The notes under the pieces were generated by a model. That model was not told the DNA's origin and made no database searches. It worked only from the letters and a program-made list of their open reading frames with translations. Positions 1 through 10,211 of a stretch of DNA of 64,000 nt are shown here, piece by piece (the stretch's first letter is position 1; the number at the start of each line of letters is the position of its first letter). The translations under genes and the position numbers were made by a program. This DNA is from an uncultured Prochlorococcus sp. (GTDB lineage: Bacteria; Cyanobacteriota; Cyanobacteriia; PCC-6307; Cyanobiaceae): contig CACAXS010000006.1 in assembly GCA_902536545.1 (NCBI GenBank), forward strand, positions 913 through 64,912. Direction: 5' to 3'.

Positions 1-2387
1 TTGCTTGAGTTTTTCCCAGAGAAGTTGAAATTTGGATTCGCAACAACTATTGATTGTTTATTACTTAAATTCTTTTCTTTATTTAAAGTTATTAGTTCTC
101 TTCCAGTAGTTAATAATCTAAGTTGAAAAATATCTCCTAATAAATATGTTTTATTAAAGCTTCCAATTGCAGCAAAAGGGACCTTATTTAATTCACTATC
201 AGGGGAAATAAATAAGGTTTTTTTATTTTTAATATATTTCTCTAGGGGCTTGATAATTTTTGAACCTATTTCATGCCAGATATCTTGTGCATCAATTAAA
301 GATTGTTCAGAGGAGACTAAGCCAAGGGATATTAACTGATCGATTTCAGCTGCTCTTCCTAAATCTATACTTTCAACATTATTATTTGGGAATAATATAA
401 GGGCTTGATACTTTGCATCTCCCCAAGTATTTTCGTCCAAACTCTGATCAGGATCGATAGAAACAAAAGGTCTATATTTCTGAAATTCAATCAGTACTGC
501 ATCGTCAGGTATTTCTTTTGATATATCGTTCAAACTGAATATTTTTGATTTTAATTGTGGAAGTGATTTATATAATTCCAACTCTAATTTTTCTTTCTGA
601 ATTTTCAATTTATCCCTAGATTTTTTATTGCCCTGATTTGTTGAAGAAAGCTGATTTGTTAAATCTTTAATCTTTTCCATTAGTTCTTTTTCAGAACCTT
701 CTAGGCTCGCTAATGTGATTTGCTTCTTTTCGATCTCCTCCAGTAATCCATGTCTATTTAATCTTGCAAATAATGCAAGATTCTTACCTAGTGGATGAAT
801 ATCCGTAGCTGTAAAAATTGCTTGATATGAAATTCCTAATGTCTTAATAAACTGTTCCCTTTTTGAGATTGGTAAAAATGGAATTTGATCTTGAATATAT
901 TTAAATTGGATAGCTAAACTTCTTCTCAAATAATAGTCAGTTTTTTCATAATCTTTTTCTTTAAAATAAACCATCGCTACATTTAGTAGAGGTTGTATCA
1001 AATAGTGGCTTTCTTTCCCAAAGACTTCTTCATATAAATTTAATGCCTGATTATGATAGAATTTCGCTTTATTATTCTCTCCGTCCCACCAATAAGCGTA
1101 GCCAAGTAGTTCTGATAAAGATAAATCAGGCTTGTCTTTTTTACTGTTTTTAATTTCTAAATCATAAAGCCTTTTTAATATTCTTTGGGCCTTATTAAAA
1201 TTCTTTTCTTTGAATGCTATTTGTGAGCGAATTAATTGTCCTTCTAATGATTTGAATTTAAAAAGTTTTTTGGCATCCTTATAATTATTGTCTGAAAAAA
1301 TATAAATGTCTGCTAGATATTTCTTACAATCGTTTGTTTTAAGAGAATTTTCTAATTTTATTTTTTCTGATTCATTAAGACATTTTTTCAGGCTTTGTTG
1401 AGCTCTATCATTATCACCAATGGTTCCATAATATATAGCCTCTTTATAAAATAGATCTAAATAATCTTCATTTTTTTCTTTAACGTTATTCGATACACTT
1501 TTTCCCTTATTTATTAGAGGTATTACTTCTTGATAAGTACCATTTGATATATAAGTGTCTGTTAAATAATTAATTGCGAAAAGGATTTCTTCTGGCTCCC
1601 CAAAATCTATGATTGCTTCATAATCTGATATCGCACCTTCTAAATTTCCAAGTTGATATTTACCGAACGCTCTGTCTAAGTAGCTTTTTGTATAAGTTGG
1701 GTCAAGCTTTATTGCATTTGTATTATCTATTATTGATCCTTTTATATCATCTATCTGAAGTTTTAAATAGGCTCTCCAATTTAGGAAATAACTATTCGGA
1801 TTGATATTAATTGCTTCTGTAAAATCTTTAATTGCGGAATCAAAATCCTTTAATTGATTTTTAGATGCACCTCTACCAGAATACGCATCTTCATTATTGG
1901 GATTAATTTCTATAACTTTAGAATAGTCTTCAATAGATCCTGCATAATCTTCCAATATATATCTTAAATATCCTCTAAAGAAATAAGCTTCTTCATATTG
2001 GGGATTTATTCTTATTGCAGATGAATAATCTAAAATAGCCCTCTCGTAATTTTCATTTTTTTCATGAAGATAACCTCTCCAGAAAAAAGATTTTTCCCAA
2101 GGATTTGGATTTAATTCAATTGCTTTTGAATAATCTGCAATAGCTCCTAAAAAGTCTCCAAGAAATTCTTTACTTATCGCCCTGTTGTGATAACCTCTCC
2201 AGTTATCTGGGTTTGATTTTATATACTTATTAAAGTCATCCAAAGCATCTGAATATTTTTTCTTAGAAATATTTTCTTTGCCGCTTTCAAAAAAAGATTC
2301 CTTGGTTTCCGCTTCAAGAGCTTTAAAACTGAAAATATTTGCAGGACTGGAAAAAAATAAAAATAATAATAAAAGATACTTAATCAT
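1..2387 (-). CDS. Signal-peptide TPR-repeat + CHAT (caspase-like peptidase) domain protein, partial (runs off left edge, >=795 aa)
   Basis: Manual translation from ATG at 2387: MIKYLLLLFLFFSSPANIFSFKALEA (signal-like), ~7 TPRs (AIADYSKAIELNP, AILDYSSAIRINP, SIEDYSKVIEINP, AIKDFTEAININP), then CHAT-typical motifs VLIEFQKY, IDLG, LFISPDSELNKVPFAAI, SIVVANPNF in the same frame to the window edge. Confidence 0.88.
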   Translation of the reverse strand, partial: MIKYLLLLFLFFSSPANIFSFKALEAETKESFFESGKENISKKKYSDALDDFNKYIKSNPDNWRGYHNRAISKEFLGDFLGAIADYSKAIELNPNPWEKSFFWRGYLHEKNENYERAILDYSSAIRINPQYEEAYFFRGYLRYILEDYAGSIEDYSKVIEINPNNEDAYSGRGASKNQLKDFDSAIKDFTEAININPNSYFLNWRAYLKLQIDDIKGSIIDNTNAIKLDPTYTKSYLDRAFGKYQLGNLEGAISDYEAIIDFGEPEEILFAINYLTDTYISNGTYQEVIPLINKGKSVSNNVKEKNEDYLDLFYKEAIYYGTIGDNDRAQQSLKKCLNESEKIKLENSLKTNDCKKYLADIYIFSDNNYKDAKKLFKFKSLEGQLIRSQIAFKEKNFNKAQRILKRLYDLEIKNSKKDKPDLSLSELLGYAYWWDGENNKAKFYHNQALNLYEEVFGKESHYLIQPLLNVAMVYFKEKDYEKTDYYLRRSLAIQFKYIQDQIPFLPISKREQFIKTLGISYQAIFTATDIHPLGKNLALFARLNRHGLLEEIEKKQITLASLEGSEKELMEKIKDLTNQLSSTNQGNKKSRDKLKIQKEKLELELYKSLPQLKSKIFSLNDISKEIPDDAVLIEFQKYRPFVSIDPDQSLDENTWGDAKYQALILFPNNNVESIDLGRAAEIDQLISLGLVSSEQSLIDAQDIWHEIGSKIIKPLEKYIKNKKTLFISPDSELNKVPFAAIGSFNKTYLLGDIFQLRLLTTGRELITLNKEKNLSNKQSIVVANPNFNFSGKNSS

Positions 2388-2392
2388 TCATT

Positions 2393-3151
2393 TCAGAATC
2401 TGAATCTTGTATCAACTTTTGAGGTTTTTAGATTTATGCCCAGAAGACCGGAAGCATCTTTTTTGTATAGTGAAGATTCAAGATCGACTGATTTACCAGA
2501 TCCCCTCGTTCTTGTGAATGCTTTATAAAGAGGATCATCTATATCTCCTTTAACTAATTTATCTATGGAAGAGTAGGAACAATCAGCATCAACTCTCCCC
2601 ATTCCTGATAAAAGTGCATAGGCTCTTTGAGCTCCCGTTCCATGAGTTTTATCTCCTATTGCATAAGCAACAGATGACATTTCCAGAATATTTTCTCGGG
2701 TGATTTCTAATTCTTTATTTCCTTTCTGAATAAAATAACCTGCAAGACAATCAGCCTGAAGTTCATGATTGGGAGCCTGTAATCTTATCTCCAGAGCATT
2801 TTGCAAGGCATGGGCGAATTCATGAGCAACTACATATGCAACGCTAGAGTTTCCGAAGGCTTTTATAAAAGTTTTAAGTTGAACAGGATCAAGAACTATT
2901 GTGTGATCGGGAGGACAATAATACGAACCGGCGACATCAAAACCCTCATTAGATCCTTTGCATCCTCCACCATATAATCTTGTTCCACTTGGCACCGTAA
3001 TTACCTGAGGAGGAAACCAATTCTTCAGATTTTCATCATCATTCCATGTCTTAATTAAATAAACTGTTGTTTTTTCTATTAAATCTGGGATATTGGAAGC
3101 TTTTGCTTCATAAGGAAAAATTAAAATAAATATTGCTAAAAGTAACTTCAT
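2393..3151 (-). CDS. Exported neutral zinc metallopeptidase (YpfJ/Zn_peptidase-like)
   Basis: Signal peptide MKLLLAIFILIFPYEAKA; YYCPPD; AYVVAHEFAH zinc motif; ELQADCLAG; HGTGAQR. ATG at 3151 (track uses TTG 3154). Confidence 0.85.
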   Translation of the reverse strand: MKLLLAIFILIFPYEAKASNIPDLIEKTTVYLIKTWNDDENLKNWFPPQVITVPSGTRLYGGGCKGSNEGFDVAGSYYCPPDHTIVLDPVQLKTFIKAFGNSSVAYVVAHEFAHALQNALEIRLQAPNHELQADCLAGYFIQKGNKELEITRENILEMSSVAYAIGDKTHGTGAQRAYALLSGMGRVDADCSYSSIDKLVKGDIDDPLYKAFTRTRGSGKSVDLESSLYKKDASGLLGINLKTSKVDTRFRF

Positions 3152-3529
3152 CAAGGAGGCAAAGTATTGTTCTTTATATTAGTTATTTTATTTTTTGAGT
3201 TATAAGAAATTAAGAAATCATAATAATAGATAAGATCAATAGATTAAATTAGTTTTAATTTGGGAAAAATTCTTATCCCCCTTTAATACGACTTATCAAC
3301 TATTTATTCCCCCCAGAGGGTTTTTAATCCTTCTTAGTAAGGATCAAAACATTGCTAAACAGGTACACCTAAGCTCGTTGTGCCCATCTGATAGCAATTT
3401 AATAAATCTGGACTTGTCTAGGAAACAATTTGATAAGCTCTTCCTGCCAGCCGCTGCCGCTTCTTCTGATTGTTGCTATTTCGGTATTATCGTTTGTGTG
3501 ATGCACCTCCAGATATCTACCTTTGAGAT

Positions 3530-3561
3530 AGAAAAGTGGACCCGAAAACGGACGTCCACTT
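3530..3561 (-). terminator. Stem-loop, probable terminator of the tRNA pair
   Basis: Minus strand AAGTGGAC-GT-CCG-TTTT-CGG-GTCCACTT followed by TTC. Confidence 0.45.
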
Positions 3562-3619
3562 CTGAATAATTTCTCTGTGCGATAGTGGTTATCTCACTGA
3601 TACCAAGCTATCCCGCGAG

Positions 3620-3691
<72 letters not shown>

Positions 3692-3701
3692 AATTTTAAA
3701 G

Positions 3702-3783
3702 TGGGCCGGGTTGGATTTGAACCAACGTAGGCAGAGCCAGCGGATTTACAGTCCGCCCCCTTTAACCACTCGGGCACCGACCC
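3702..3783 (-). tRNA. trnY: tRNA-Tyr(GTA)
   Basis: GGGTCGGTGCCCGAGTGGTTAAAGGGGGCGGACTGTAAATCCGCTGGCTCTGCCTACGTTGGTTCAAATCCAACCCGGCCCA; long variable arm. Confidence 0.97.
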
Positions 3784-3885
3784 CCACTATTTGAACTTAT
3801 CAGTTAACGGACACTTTTTGTGAAAATGTTTTGGTTTTTTTGTTTATTTCTAGATAGCATTTGTAAAGAAAAGATCTTATTTAAG

Positions 3886-4326
3886 ATGAATATCTTATTG
3901 ATAAATGGCCCAAATCTAAATCTTTTGGGTACTAGAGAACCTGAAATATATGGTAATAAAACATTGAGTGATATAGAAAAAGATTTAACTAAAGTTGCCC
4001 AAGAAAAGAGTATTAATCTTGAATGTTTTCAAAGTAATCATGAAGGAGAAATAGTAGATAAAATTCAGGAGTCTGTAAAAAGTATCCAAGGTATTCTTAT
4101 AAATGCTGGCGCTTTTACTCATACCTCGATTTCTATTCGTGATGCTTTAATTGGATCAAAAATTCCGTTTGTAGAGTTACATATTTCAAATGTTTTCAGT
4201 AGAGAAGATTTTCGTAAAGAATCTTTTCTTACAGATAAAGCTATAGGAATTATTAGTGGATTCGGTATATCAAGTTATTCCTTAGCTCTTGAAGGAATCA
4301 TTGAATATTTAAGTAGTAAAGATTAA
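3886..4326 (+). CDS. aroQ: Type II 3-dehydroquinate dehydratase
   Basis: [35 protein letters not shown]; ATG 3886 preferred over track start 3820. Confidence 0.96.
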   Translation: MNILLINGPNLNLLGTREPEIYGNKTLSDIEKDLTKVAQEKSINLECFQSNHEGEIVDKIQESVKSIQGILINAGAFTHTSISIRDALIGSKIPFVELHISNVFSREDFRKESFLTDKAIGIISGFGISSYSLALEGIIEYLSSKD

Positions 4327-4935
4327 ATGCTATTCGATTATAAAAGGCCCACTTCTCAAATTAAATATTTATCGTCATTCACCTCAGATGAGTGGATCAA
4401 ACTCGCATTATCTAATCCAATAGATATTCTTATAGACCATGCTCATTGTGAAAGAAAAGCTGCAGGAGTAGCTATTCAATTGATGTTTAGATATCCATCA
4501 GAACCAAATCTGGCAGAAGTTCTAAGTCCAATAGCGAGAGAGGAATTAGAGCATTTTGAAAAAATACTTTATTTTTTAAAGGATCTTGGAAATTCTCTTA
4601 AGTCCTTAAAACCGCCTCCATATGGAGCTGAATTGTCCAAGAATATAAGAAAGGAAGAGCCAAATAGAATGCTTGATAGTTTCTTAATAGCAGGACTTAT
4701 TGAAGCGAGAAGTCATGAAAGATTAAGCTTGCTTGCTCTAAATTCTGAAGATAAATCGTTTAAATCCCTTTATGATTCTCTGCTTGAGAGTGAGGCAAGG
4801 CATTTTGGAGTTTACTGGAAACTAGCGCAAAATAAATTCTCTAAAAATCAAACTCTCAAAAGGTTAGAGGAATTGTCTGAAATTGAGTCAGAAATATTAG
4901 CTGAAACTTTTATGATGCCAAGGGTACATAGCTAA
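4327..4935 (+). CDS. miaE: tRNA-(ms2io6A37) hydroxylase
   Basis: DHAHCERKAA, EELEHF, IEARSHER, SEARH di-iron motifs. Confidence 0.93.
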   Translation: MLFDYKRPTSQIKYLSSFTSDEWIKLALSNPIDILIDHAHCERKAAGVAIQLMFRYPSEPNLAEVLSPIAREELEHFEKILYFLKDLGNSLKSLKPPPYGAELSKNIRKEEPNRMLDSFLIAGLIEARSHERLSLLALNSEDKSFKSLYDSLLESEARHFGVYWKLAQNKFSKNQTLKRLEELSEIESEILAETFMMPRVHS

Positions 4936-4951
4936 AGTTAATAAAATAAAA

Positions 4952-5707
4952 ATGATAATAAACAAGTTCTTAAGTTTACTTAATCGATATAAAACTGATT
5001 TTCCAACATTCACCATCGTTGGTGTAGGCCCTGGAGATCCATCGCTTTTAACAATTGCTGCTGTGGATGCAATAAAAAAAGCGAAAGTTATAGTTTTTCC
5101 AATATCAGATGATAATAAAAAGAGTTTCGCTGCAGAAATAGTAAAGAAATATACCAAATTTAAAAAAAATATACCTATCATCTTTCCAATGGCTAGGAAG
5201 GATTTTGATCCTGATGAAATATGGTCTAACTCAGTAGAAAAAATTGTGAAATTTATAAAAAACGGTGAATCAGTTGTTTTACTTTGCCTAGGAGATACCT
5301 CAATATTTGCAAGTTCTTCTAATATTTTGAGGATTATAAAGCATAATTATCCAGAGATTATTACCAAAACCATACCTGGTATTTCTTCTCTGTCAGCAAC
5401 AGCAGCTTTGAATGATTTTGATTTAGTTAAAAAAGGTGAGACTTTAATAATCAAAGAGTGCCCCTCTTCCAATTCAGAATTAACATCCCTAATTAAGGAA
5501 AGTAAGGAAAATAAAACGGTCTTGGCCATTATGAAAATTGGGAAACGTTGGAATTTAGTTAGGGAAACTTTAAAAAAAGAGGATATTATCAAAAAATCAT
5601 TAATTGCTTTAAGTGTTGGCACACCTGATCAAATTATTCAATATGCATATCAATACAATAAGGATGTTATGCCTTATTTTTCTTTGATTTTGATAAGGTT
5701 CGATTAA
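4952..5707 (+). CDS. cobI: Precorrin-2 C20-methyltransferase
   Basis: VGVGPGDPSLLTIAA, LCLGD, IPGISS. Confidence 0.88.
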   Translation: MIINKFLSLLNRYKTDFPTFTIVGVGPGDPSLLTIAAVDAIKKAKVIVFPISDDNKKSFAAEIVKKYTKFKKNIPIIFPMARKDFDPDEIWSNSVEKIVKFIKNGESVVLLCLGDTSIFASSSNILRIIKHNYPEIITKTIPGISSLSATAALNDFDLVKKGETLIIKECPSSNSELTSLIKESKENKTVLAIMKIGKRWNLVRETLKKEDIIKKSLIALSVGTPDQIIQYAYQYNKDVMPYFSLILIRFD

Positions 5708-6192
5708 TGCACAAAAAAGAAAAACCCAATGAAAATAAATTCACATGGCCAATAAGTAAAAAACTATTATTTCTTATTCTTGAAGATAAGGTTAGTGATA
5801 TATTTGTTTGTGAATTAGTTTGGGAAAGACTTTTTTATACTAAAGAACTCTCTATAGATGATTGGGCCTTTAGCGCATTTACTCCTTCTTATTGGTCAGA
5901 AAAATTTGAAAAAGCTCCTCAAATCATTTCAGAGCGACTAGCCTCAGTACATTTGACTCGATCAATTCCAAAAGAATATAAACAGGGATTGAAAAATTTT
6001 CTTAATTTTAAAGGTTATAAGATTAATGAACTTTATCCAAGAAGAACTAGAAGAGCGACGGCAGTAAATTGGTTGATTTATTGGGCGATTGAAAATGATT
6101 GTTTTTCAAAAGATAGTGAATTTATGCCAAGTCCTAGTTCACCCCCTGTTAATCCAGTTAAAGGGCATTTTGGCGATCCAGAAATTAAATAA
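5707..6192 (+). CDS. Conserved cyanobacterial protein (DUF1823-like)
   Basis: SVHLTRSIPKEYKQ, PRRTRRATAVNWL. Confidence 0.75.
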   Translation: MHKKEKPNENKFTWPISKKLLFLILEDKVSDIFVCELVWERLFYTKELSIDDWAFSAFTPSYWSEKFEKAPQIISERLASVHLTRSIPKEYKQGLKNFLNFKGYKINELYPRRTRRATAVNWLIYWAIENDCFSKDSEFMPSPSSPPVNPVKGHFGDPEIK

Positions 6193-6266
6193 GTTTTTTT
6201 GAAAAAGGTAAATGATTCTATTAAAGGTATAGTTGTAATGGATACTACTTTCATTGGAGAGAAGAA

Positions 6267-7640
6267 TTGATTCTTCCTACAATAGCAATTATCGGAAGAC
6301 CGAACGTTGGGAAATCTACCTTAGTTAATCGTCTTTGCCAAAGTAATGATGCAATAGTGTTTGATAAGCCTGGTGTTACAAGAGATAGAACTTATCAAAA
6401 TGCTTCATGGAGAGGTAAGGAATTTCAAATAGTTGATACAGGAGGTTTAGTTTTTGATGATGATAGTGAATTTCTCCCAGAGATAAGGACACAAGTTTTC
6501 TTAGCTCTAGAAGAGGCTTCACTCGCGTTACTGGTGGTAGATGGGAATCAAGGCGTTACTGATGGTGATTTATCAATAGCAAAATGGTTAAGAAACTCAA
6601 GCTGCAAAGTAATTGTTGCTGTTAATAAATGCGAATCGACTACCCTAGGAATATCCCTAGCTTCGGAGTTCTGGAAATTAGGATTGGGCGAACCCAATCC
6701 TGTTTCGGCTATTCATGGTTCAGGTACTGGAGATCTTTTAGATCTCGTTATTGGCGAACTTCCTGAAAATAATATCGAGGATGATGAAGAAAAGATAATG
6801 ATGTCAATAATTGGTAGGCCTAATGTGGGTAAATCTAGTTTGTTAAATTCAATCTGTGGAGAAAAAAGAGCAATAGTTAGTGATATTAGTGGTACAACAA
6901 CTGATTCAATAGATACTCTTCTTAAAAAAGGTAATAATCATTGGAAAATTATTGATACTGCAGGGATTAGAAGAAAGAAAAATGTTAAATATGGTACTGA
7001 ATTCTTTGGTATTAATAGGGCTTTTAAATCTATAGATAGAAGTGATGTTTGTGTTTTAGTTATAGATGCTATAGATGGAGTAACTGATCAAGACCAGAAG
7101 CTGGCTGGACGCATAGAAGAACAAGGCAGAGCTTGCATAATTGTTGTTAATAAATGGGATCTTGTAGAAAAAAATAGTTCAACAATTTATCAAGTAGAAA
7201 AAGAACTTAGATCTAAACTTTATTTTTTGCACTGGTCAAAAATGATTTTTATATCTGCCCTAACTGGTCAAAGAGTTGATAATATTTTTGAGCATGCTCT
7301 TATTGCCGTAAATCAACATAGAAGAAGAGTTACAACATCTGTAGTTAATGAAGTACTTAAAGAATCAATCAGTTGGAAGAGTCCTCCAACGAAGAGAAGC
7401 GGCAAGCAAGGTAGGCTCTATTACGGTACTCAAGTAAAGAACAAACCTCCCACTTTTACTCTTTTTGTAAATGACCCTAAATTATTCGGAATAACTTATA
7501 GAAGATATATTGAAAAACAAATTAGAGTAAATTTAGGCTTTGAAGGCACACCCCTCATTTTATTTTGGAGAGGAAAACAGCAAAGAGCTTTAAATAAAGA
7601 AGTCGAAAGAGAAAATATTGAGTTAATTCAAAAAGATTAA
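6267..7640 (+). CDS. der: Ribosome biogenesis GTPase Der (EngA)
   Basis: Two GRPNVGKS G-domains plus KH-like C-terminus. Confidence 0.97.
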   Translation: MILPTIAIIGRPNVGKSTLVNRLCQSNDAIVFDKPGVTRDRTYQNASWRGKEFQIVDTGGLVFDDDSEFLPEIRTQVFLALEEASLALLVVDGNQGVTDGDLSIAKWLRNSSCKVIVAVNKCESTTLGISLASEFWKLGLGEPNPVSAIHGSGTGDLLDLVIGELPENNIEDDEEKIMMSIIGRPNVGKSSLLNSICGEKRAIVSDISGTTTDSIDTLLKKGNNHWKIIDTAGIRRKKNVKYGTEFFGINRAFKSIDRSDVCVLVIDAIDGVTDQDQKLAGRIEEQGRACIIVVNKWDLVEKNSSTIYQVEKELRSKLYFLHWSKMIFISALTGQRVDNIFEHALIAVNQHRRRVTTSVVNEVLKESISWKSPPTKRSGKQGRLYYGTQVKNKPPTFTLFVNDPKLFGITYRRYIEKQIRVNLGFEGTPLILFWRGKQQRALNKEVERENIELIQKD

Positions 7641-8554
7641 TGAATTTGCTTACTAAATTTTCAGTTGGTCAATACGTTCATGGTAATAGAAGTTGGCTAA
7701 GAATTATAGATAGTAGATTAAAAATAATTATGGTAATGATATTTTTAATTACTCCAGTTTGGGCAGGTCCAATATGGAGATTGAGTTTAGTTGTTTTTTT
7801 ACTTCTAATTACTTTTTTAAGTTTATTGCCATCTAGAGTATGGTGGCGATCATTATTTTTTCTCTCATGTTTGTCACTATTAATTGGATTTATATCAATA
7901 CTTGCCTCGTCTGATATTCAATCTCTTGATGGCTACTTAAGAAATCCCAATGAGTTGCAAGTATTACTGGAAAGCCAAAAAGAATGGAATATTTTGCAAA
8001 TTCCCCCGCATAAGATATGGTTTATTAATTTTGGTCCCTACAACTTATCAAGAAAAGCTTTTGAACTAGGAATAAAAACCTCCACTTTGATATTTACCGT
8101 TATTCATAGTGTGAATTTGATGCTTTTAACCACATTGCAGGAAGACATTGTATGGGGATTAAGTTGGTTTATGTATCCATTAAGAAAGATTGGATTGCCA
8201 ACTAGTAAGTGGCTTTTTCAGTTGTTAATTGCATTACGTTTTATTCCTCTAGTGCAGGAAGAACTTCAAAATATCATTAAATCAGTTTCAGTTAGATCAA
8301 TAAATTTTCGAAATTTAGGACTAAAGAAATCCTTTAATGTTTTATTAATCTTAGTAGAAAGGTTATTTCAAAATATATTTCTTAGAATTGATCATGGAGC
8401 AGAATCATTACTATCAAAGAAAAAAATTATTATAAAAACCAACAGATTTAGAACTCTTTACCCTTCAAAATCTCTCAATGTAATTGTTAATACATTATCG
8501 ATTTGTTTTATTTGCATAGCAATTTTTCTTAGAAAACTGTATGGTGCATTATAA
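7640..8554 (+). CDS. ECF transporter transmembrane component (CbiQ/EcfT family)
   Basis: GQYV..SWL..D.RLK; ALRFIPLVQEE; conserved position after der. Confidence 0.8.
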   Translation: MNLLTKFSVGQYVHGNRSWLRIIDSRLKIIMVMIFLITPVWAGPIWRLSLVVFLLLITFLSLLPSRVWWRSLFFLSCLSLLIGFISILASSDIQSLDGYLRNPNELQVLLESQKEWNILQIPPHKIWFINFGPYNLSRKAFELGIKTSTLIFTVIHSVNLMLLTTLQEDIVWGLSWFMYPLRKIGLPTSKWLFQLLIALRFIPLVQEELQNIIKSVSVRSINFRNLGLKKSFNVLLILVERLFQNIFLRIDHGAESLLSKKKIIIKTNRFRTLYPSKSLNVIVNTLSICFICIAIFLRKLYGAL

Positions 8555-8573
8555 ATAACACAATATTTTTGGT

Positions 8574-8840
8574 TTGAGTTCTGAGCGTTATTTAAACCAT
8601 CCAACATTTGGCATGTTATATCAAGTTTCTCCTGGAAATGATGGGAGAGATATTTATGCGACTTTATACGCTCAAAAAATGTTTTTCTTGGTAGAAGTTC
8701 GACAGAGAGAAGTTTTTTTTGAGGTTATACCGTATTTAGATGCTCGTAATCAGGCCGAATTAAACCTTCAAAAAGCTAGGAGAAAAGGATCTGAAGAACT
8801 ATCTAAATGGGAGAATTTATTTACGCAAACTTTTCTATAA
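8574..8840 (+). CDS. pipX: PII/NtcA-interacting protein X
   Basis: YLNHPTFGMLY, ATLYAQKMFFLV. Confidence 0.95.
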   Translation: MSSERYLNHPTFGMLYQVSPGNDGRDIYATLYAQKMFFLVEVRQREVFFEVIPYLDARNQAELNLQKARRKGSEELSKWENLFTQTFL

Positions 8841-8843
8841 AAA

Positions 8844-9479
8844 GTGAACCCTGCAAATTATTTTAAAATAAAAAATAAAATACCATCAAATGTAAATATT
8901 CTTGCGGTAAGTAAAGGATTTAAAAGTCAAGAAATCAAGACTATTCAAAATATAGGTCAGAACGATTTTGGTGAAAGTAAGGTTCAAGAGGCGTTTGAAA
9001 AACAATTAACCCTAAAAGATCTTAAACAAATAAATTGGCACTTTATTGGAAGAATACAAAGTAATAAAATAAGAAAAATAGTTCAAAATTTTGAATATAT
9101 TCATTCAGTAGATTCATTTGAAAAGTTGCAAAAGATTTCTAATATTTCACGTGAAGAGAAGAAAAATCCATTAATAATGTTGCAGGTTAAGTTGAGTAAT
9201 GACCCTACTAAAGGAGGATTTAATCCTGAATTTTTAATTTTGAAATGGAGAGAAATACAAGATTTGAAAAATATTTCATTAACCGGTTTGATGACTATCA
9301 ATCCTAAAGGACTTAGCTCTAAAGAAAATTCAAGATTGTTCAAAAAATGTCGTGTTCTCGCTGATTCTCTGGAACTACCTGATTGTTCCATGGGGATGTC
9401 AGGTGATTGGGAGGAAGCTATTGACGCTGGATCAACTTGGTTAAGATTAGGATCATTGATTTTTGGAAGCAGATCCTAA
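8844..9479 (+). CDS. pipY: PLP homeostasis protein (YggS family)
   Basis: LAVSK, FGESKVQE, WHFIG, SMGMSGD; follows pipX. Confidence 0.93.
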   Translation: MNPANYFKIKNKIPSNVNILAVSKGFKSQEIKTIQNIGQNDFGESKVQEAFEKQLTLKDLKQINWHFIGRIQSNKIRKIVQNFEYIHSVDSFEKLQKISNISREEKKNPLIMLQVKLSNDPTKGGFNPEFLILKWREIQDLKNISLTGLMTINPKGLSSKENSRLFKKCRVLADSLELPDCSMGMSGDWEEAIDAGSTWLRLGSLIFGSRS

Positions 9480-9628
9480 TTAGTTATTTTTTAAATAATC
9501 TTATCTATAAACTTGCAGTAAAGTTCAACTAACGTTATCTAAGTAGTAGGTAGTTTATTCATTTAAAAAATGAATCTATTACTTAAGGTTCTTAAACCTT
9601 AGTAATCAATTTCAAGAGGATTTAAAAG

Positions 9629-10204
9629 GTGTCACTTATTTCTAGATTAAAGGCAGTTGTCGCAGGGGATGAGTATCTCGAAGATGATTTTGATGAGTTG
9701 GATTATGCTTCAGAGGATGAATTAAATGATATAAATAATTTCAAACAAAATCCAAAGAATGCAAATGCTCTTGCAAATTCAAATCCATTCGATTTTATGA
9801 ATAACAACAAATCATCAAAAGTAGTCGGTATGCCTGGAATCTCAAATTCATCCTCAGAAGTAAGCTTAATGGAACCAAGAAGTTTTGATGAGATGCCTCA
9901 AGCTATACAAGCATTAAGAGAGAGAAAAACTGTAATTCTCAATTTAACTATGATGGATCCTGATCAAGCTCAAAGAGCGGTTGATTTTATTGCTGGGGGC
10001 ACATATGCAATTGATGGACATCAAGAGAGAGTTGGTGAAAGTATTTTTCTTTTTGCTCCAAGTTGTGTCAATGTAACTAGTTCTTCCTCAGAAGAAGCGT
10101 CTCCTTCTTATGTGTCTACAGAAAACGCACCAGAATATAGTTTGGGTAAAAATACTACTCCTGAACCAGCATGGGGTAATTCTAAATTAAGTGCTTATTC
10201 ATGA
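9629..10204 (+). CDS. sepF: Cell division protein SepF
   Basis: [18 protein letters not shown]. Confidence 0.95.
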   Translation: MSLISRLKAVVAGDEYLEDDFDELDYASEDELNDINNFKQNPKNANALANSNPFDFMNNNKSSKVVGMPGISNSSSEVSLMEPRSFDEMPQAIQALRERKTVILNLTMMDPDQAQRAVDFIAGGTYAIDGHQERVGESIFLFAPSCVNVTSSSSEEASPSYVSTENAPEYSLGKNTTPEPAWGNSKLSAYS

Positions 10205-10211
10205 TTAATCT

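Noticed and set aside
1613-1804. 63-aa + strand ORF in the track
   Set aside because: Antisense shadow of the TPR-CHAT gene
2071-2202. 12-nt direct repeat TAACCTCTCCAG at 2071 and 2191
   Set aside because: Both copies encode WRGY inside the TPR region; too short to indicate a DNA element
3378-3569. 63-aa + strand ORF, and an overlapping minus-strand open stretch (..KGRYLEVHHTND..RQVQIY*) considered as an integrase remnant
   Set aside because: No recognisable motif, no good start or RBS, overlaps hairpins; no recombinase catalytic residues identifiable
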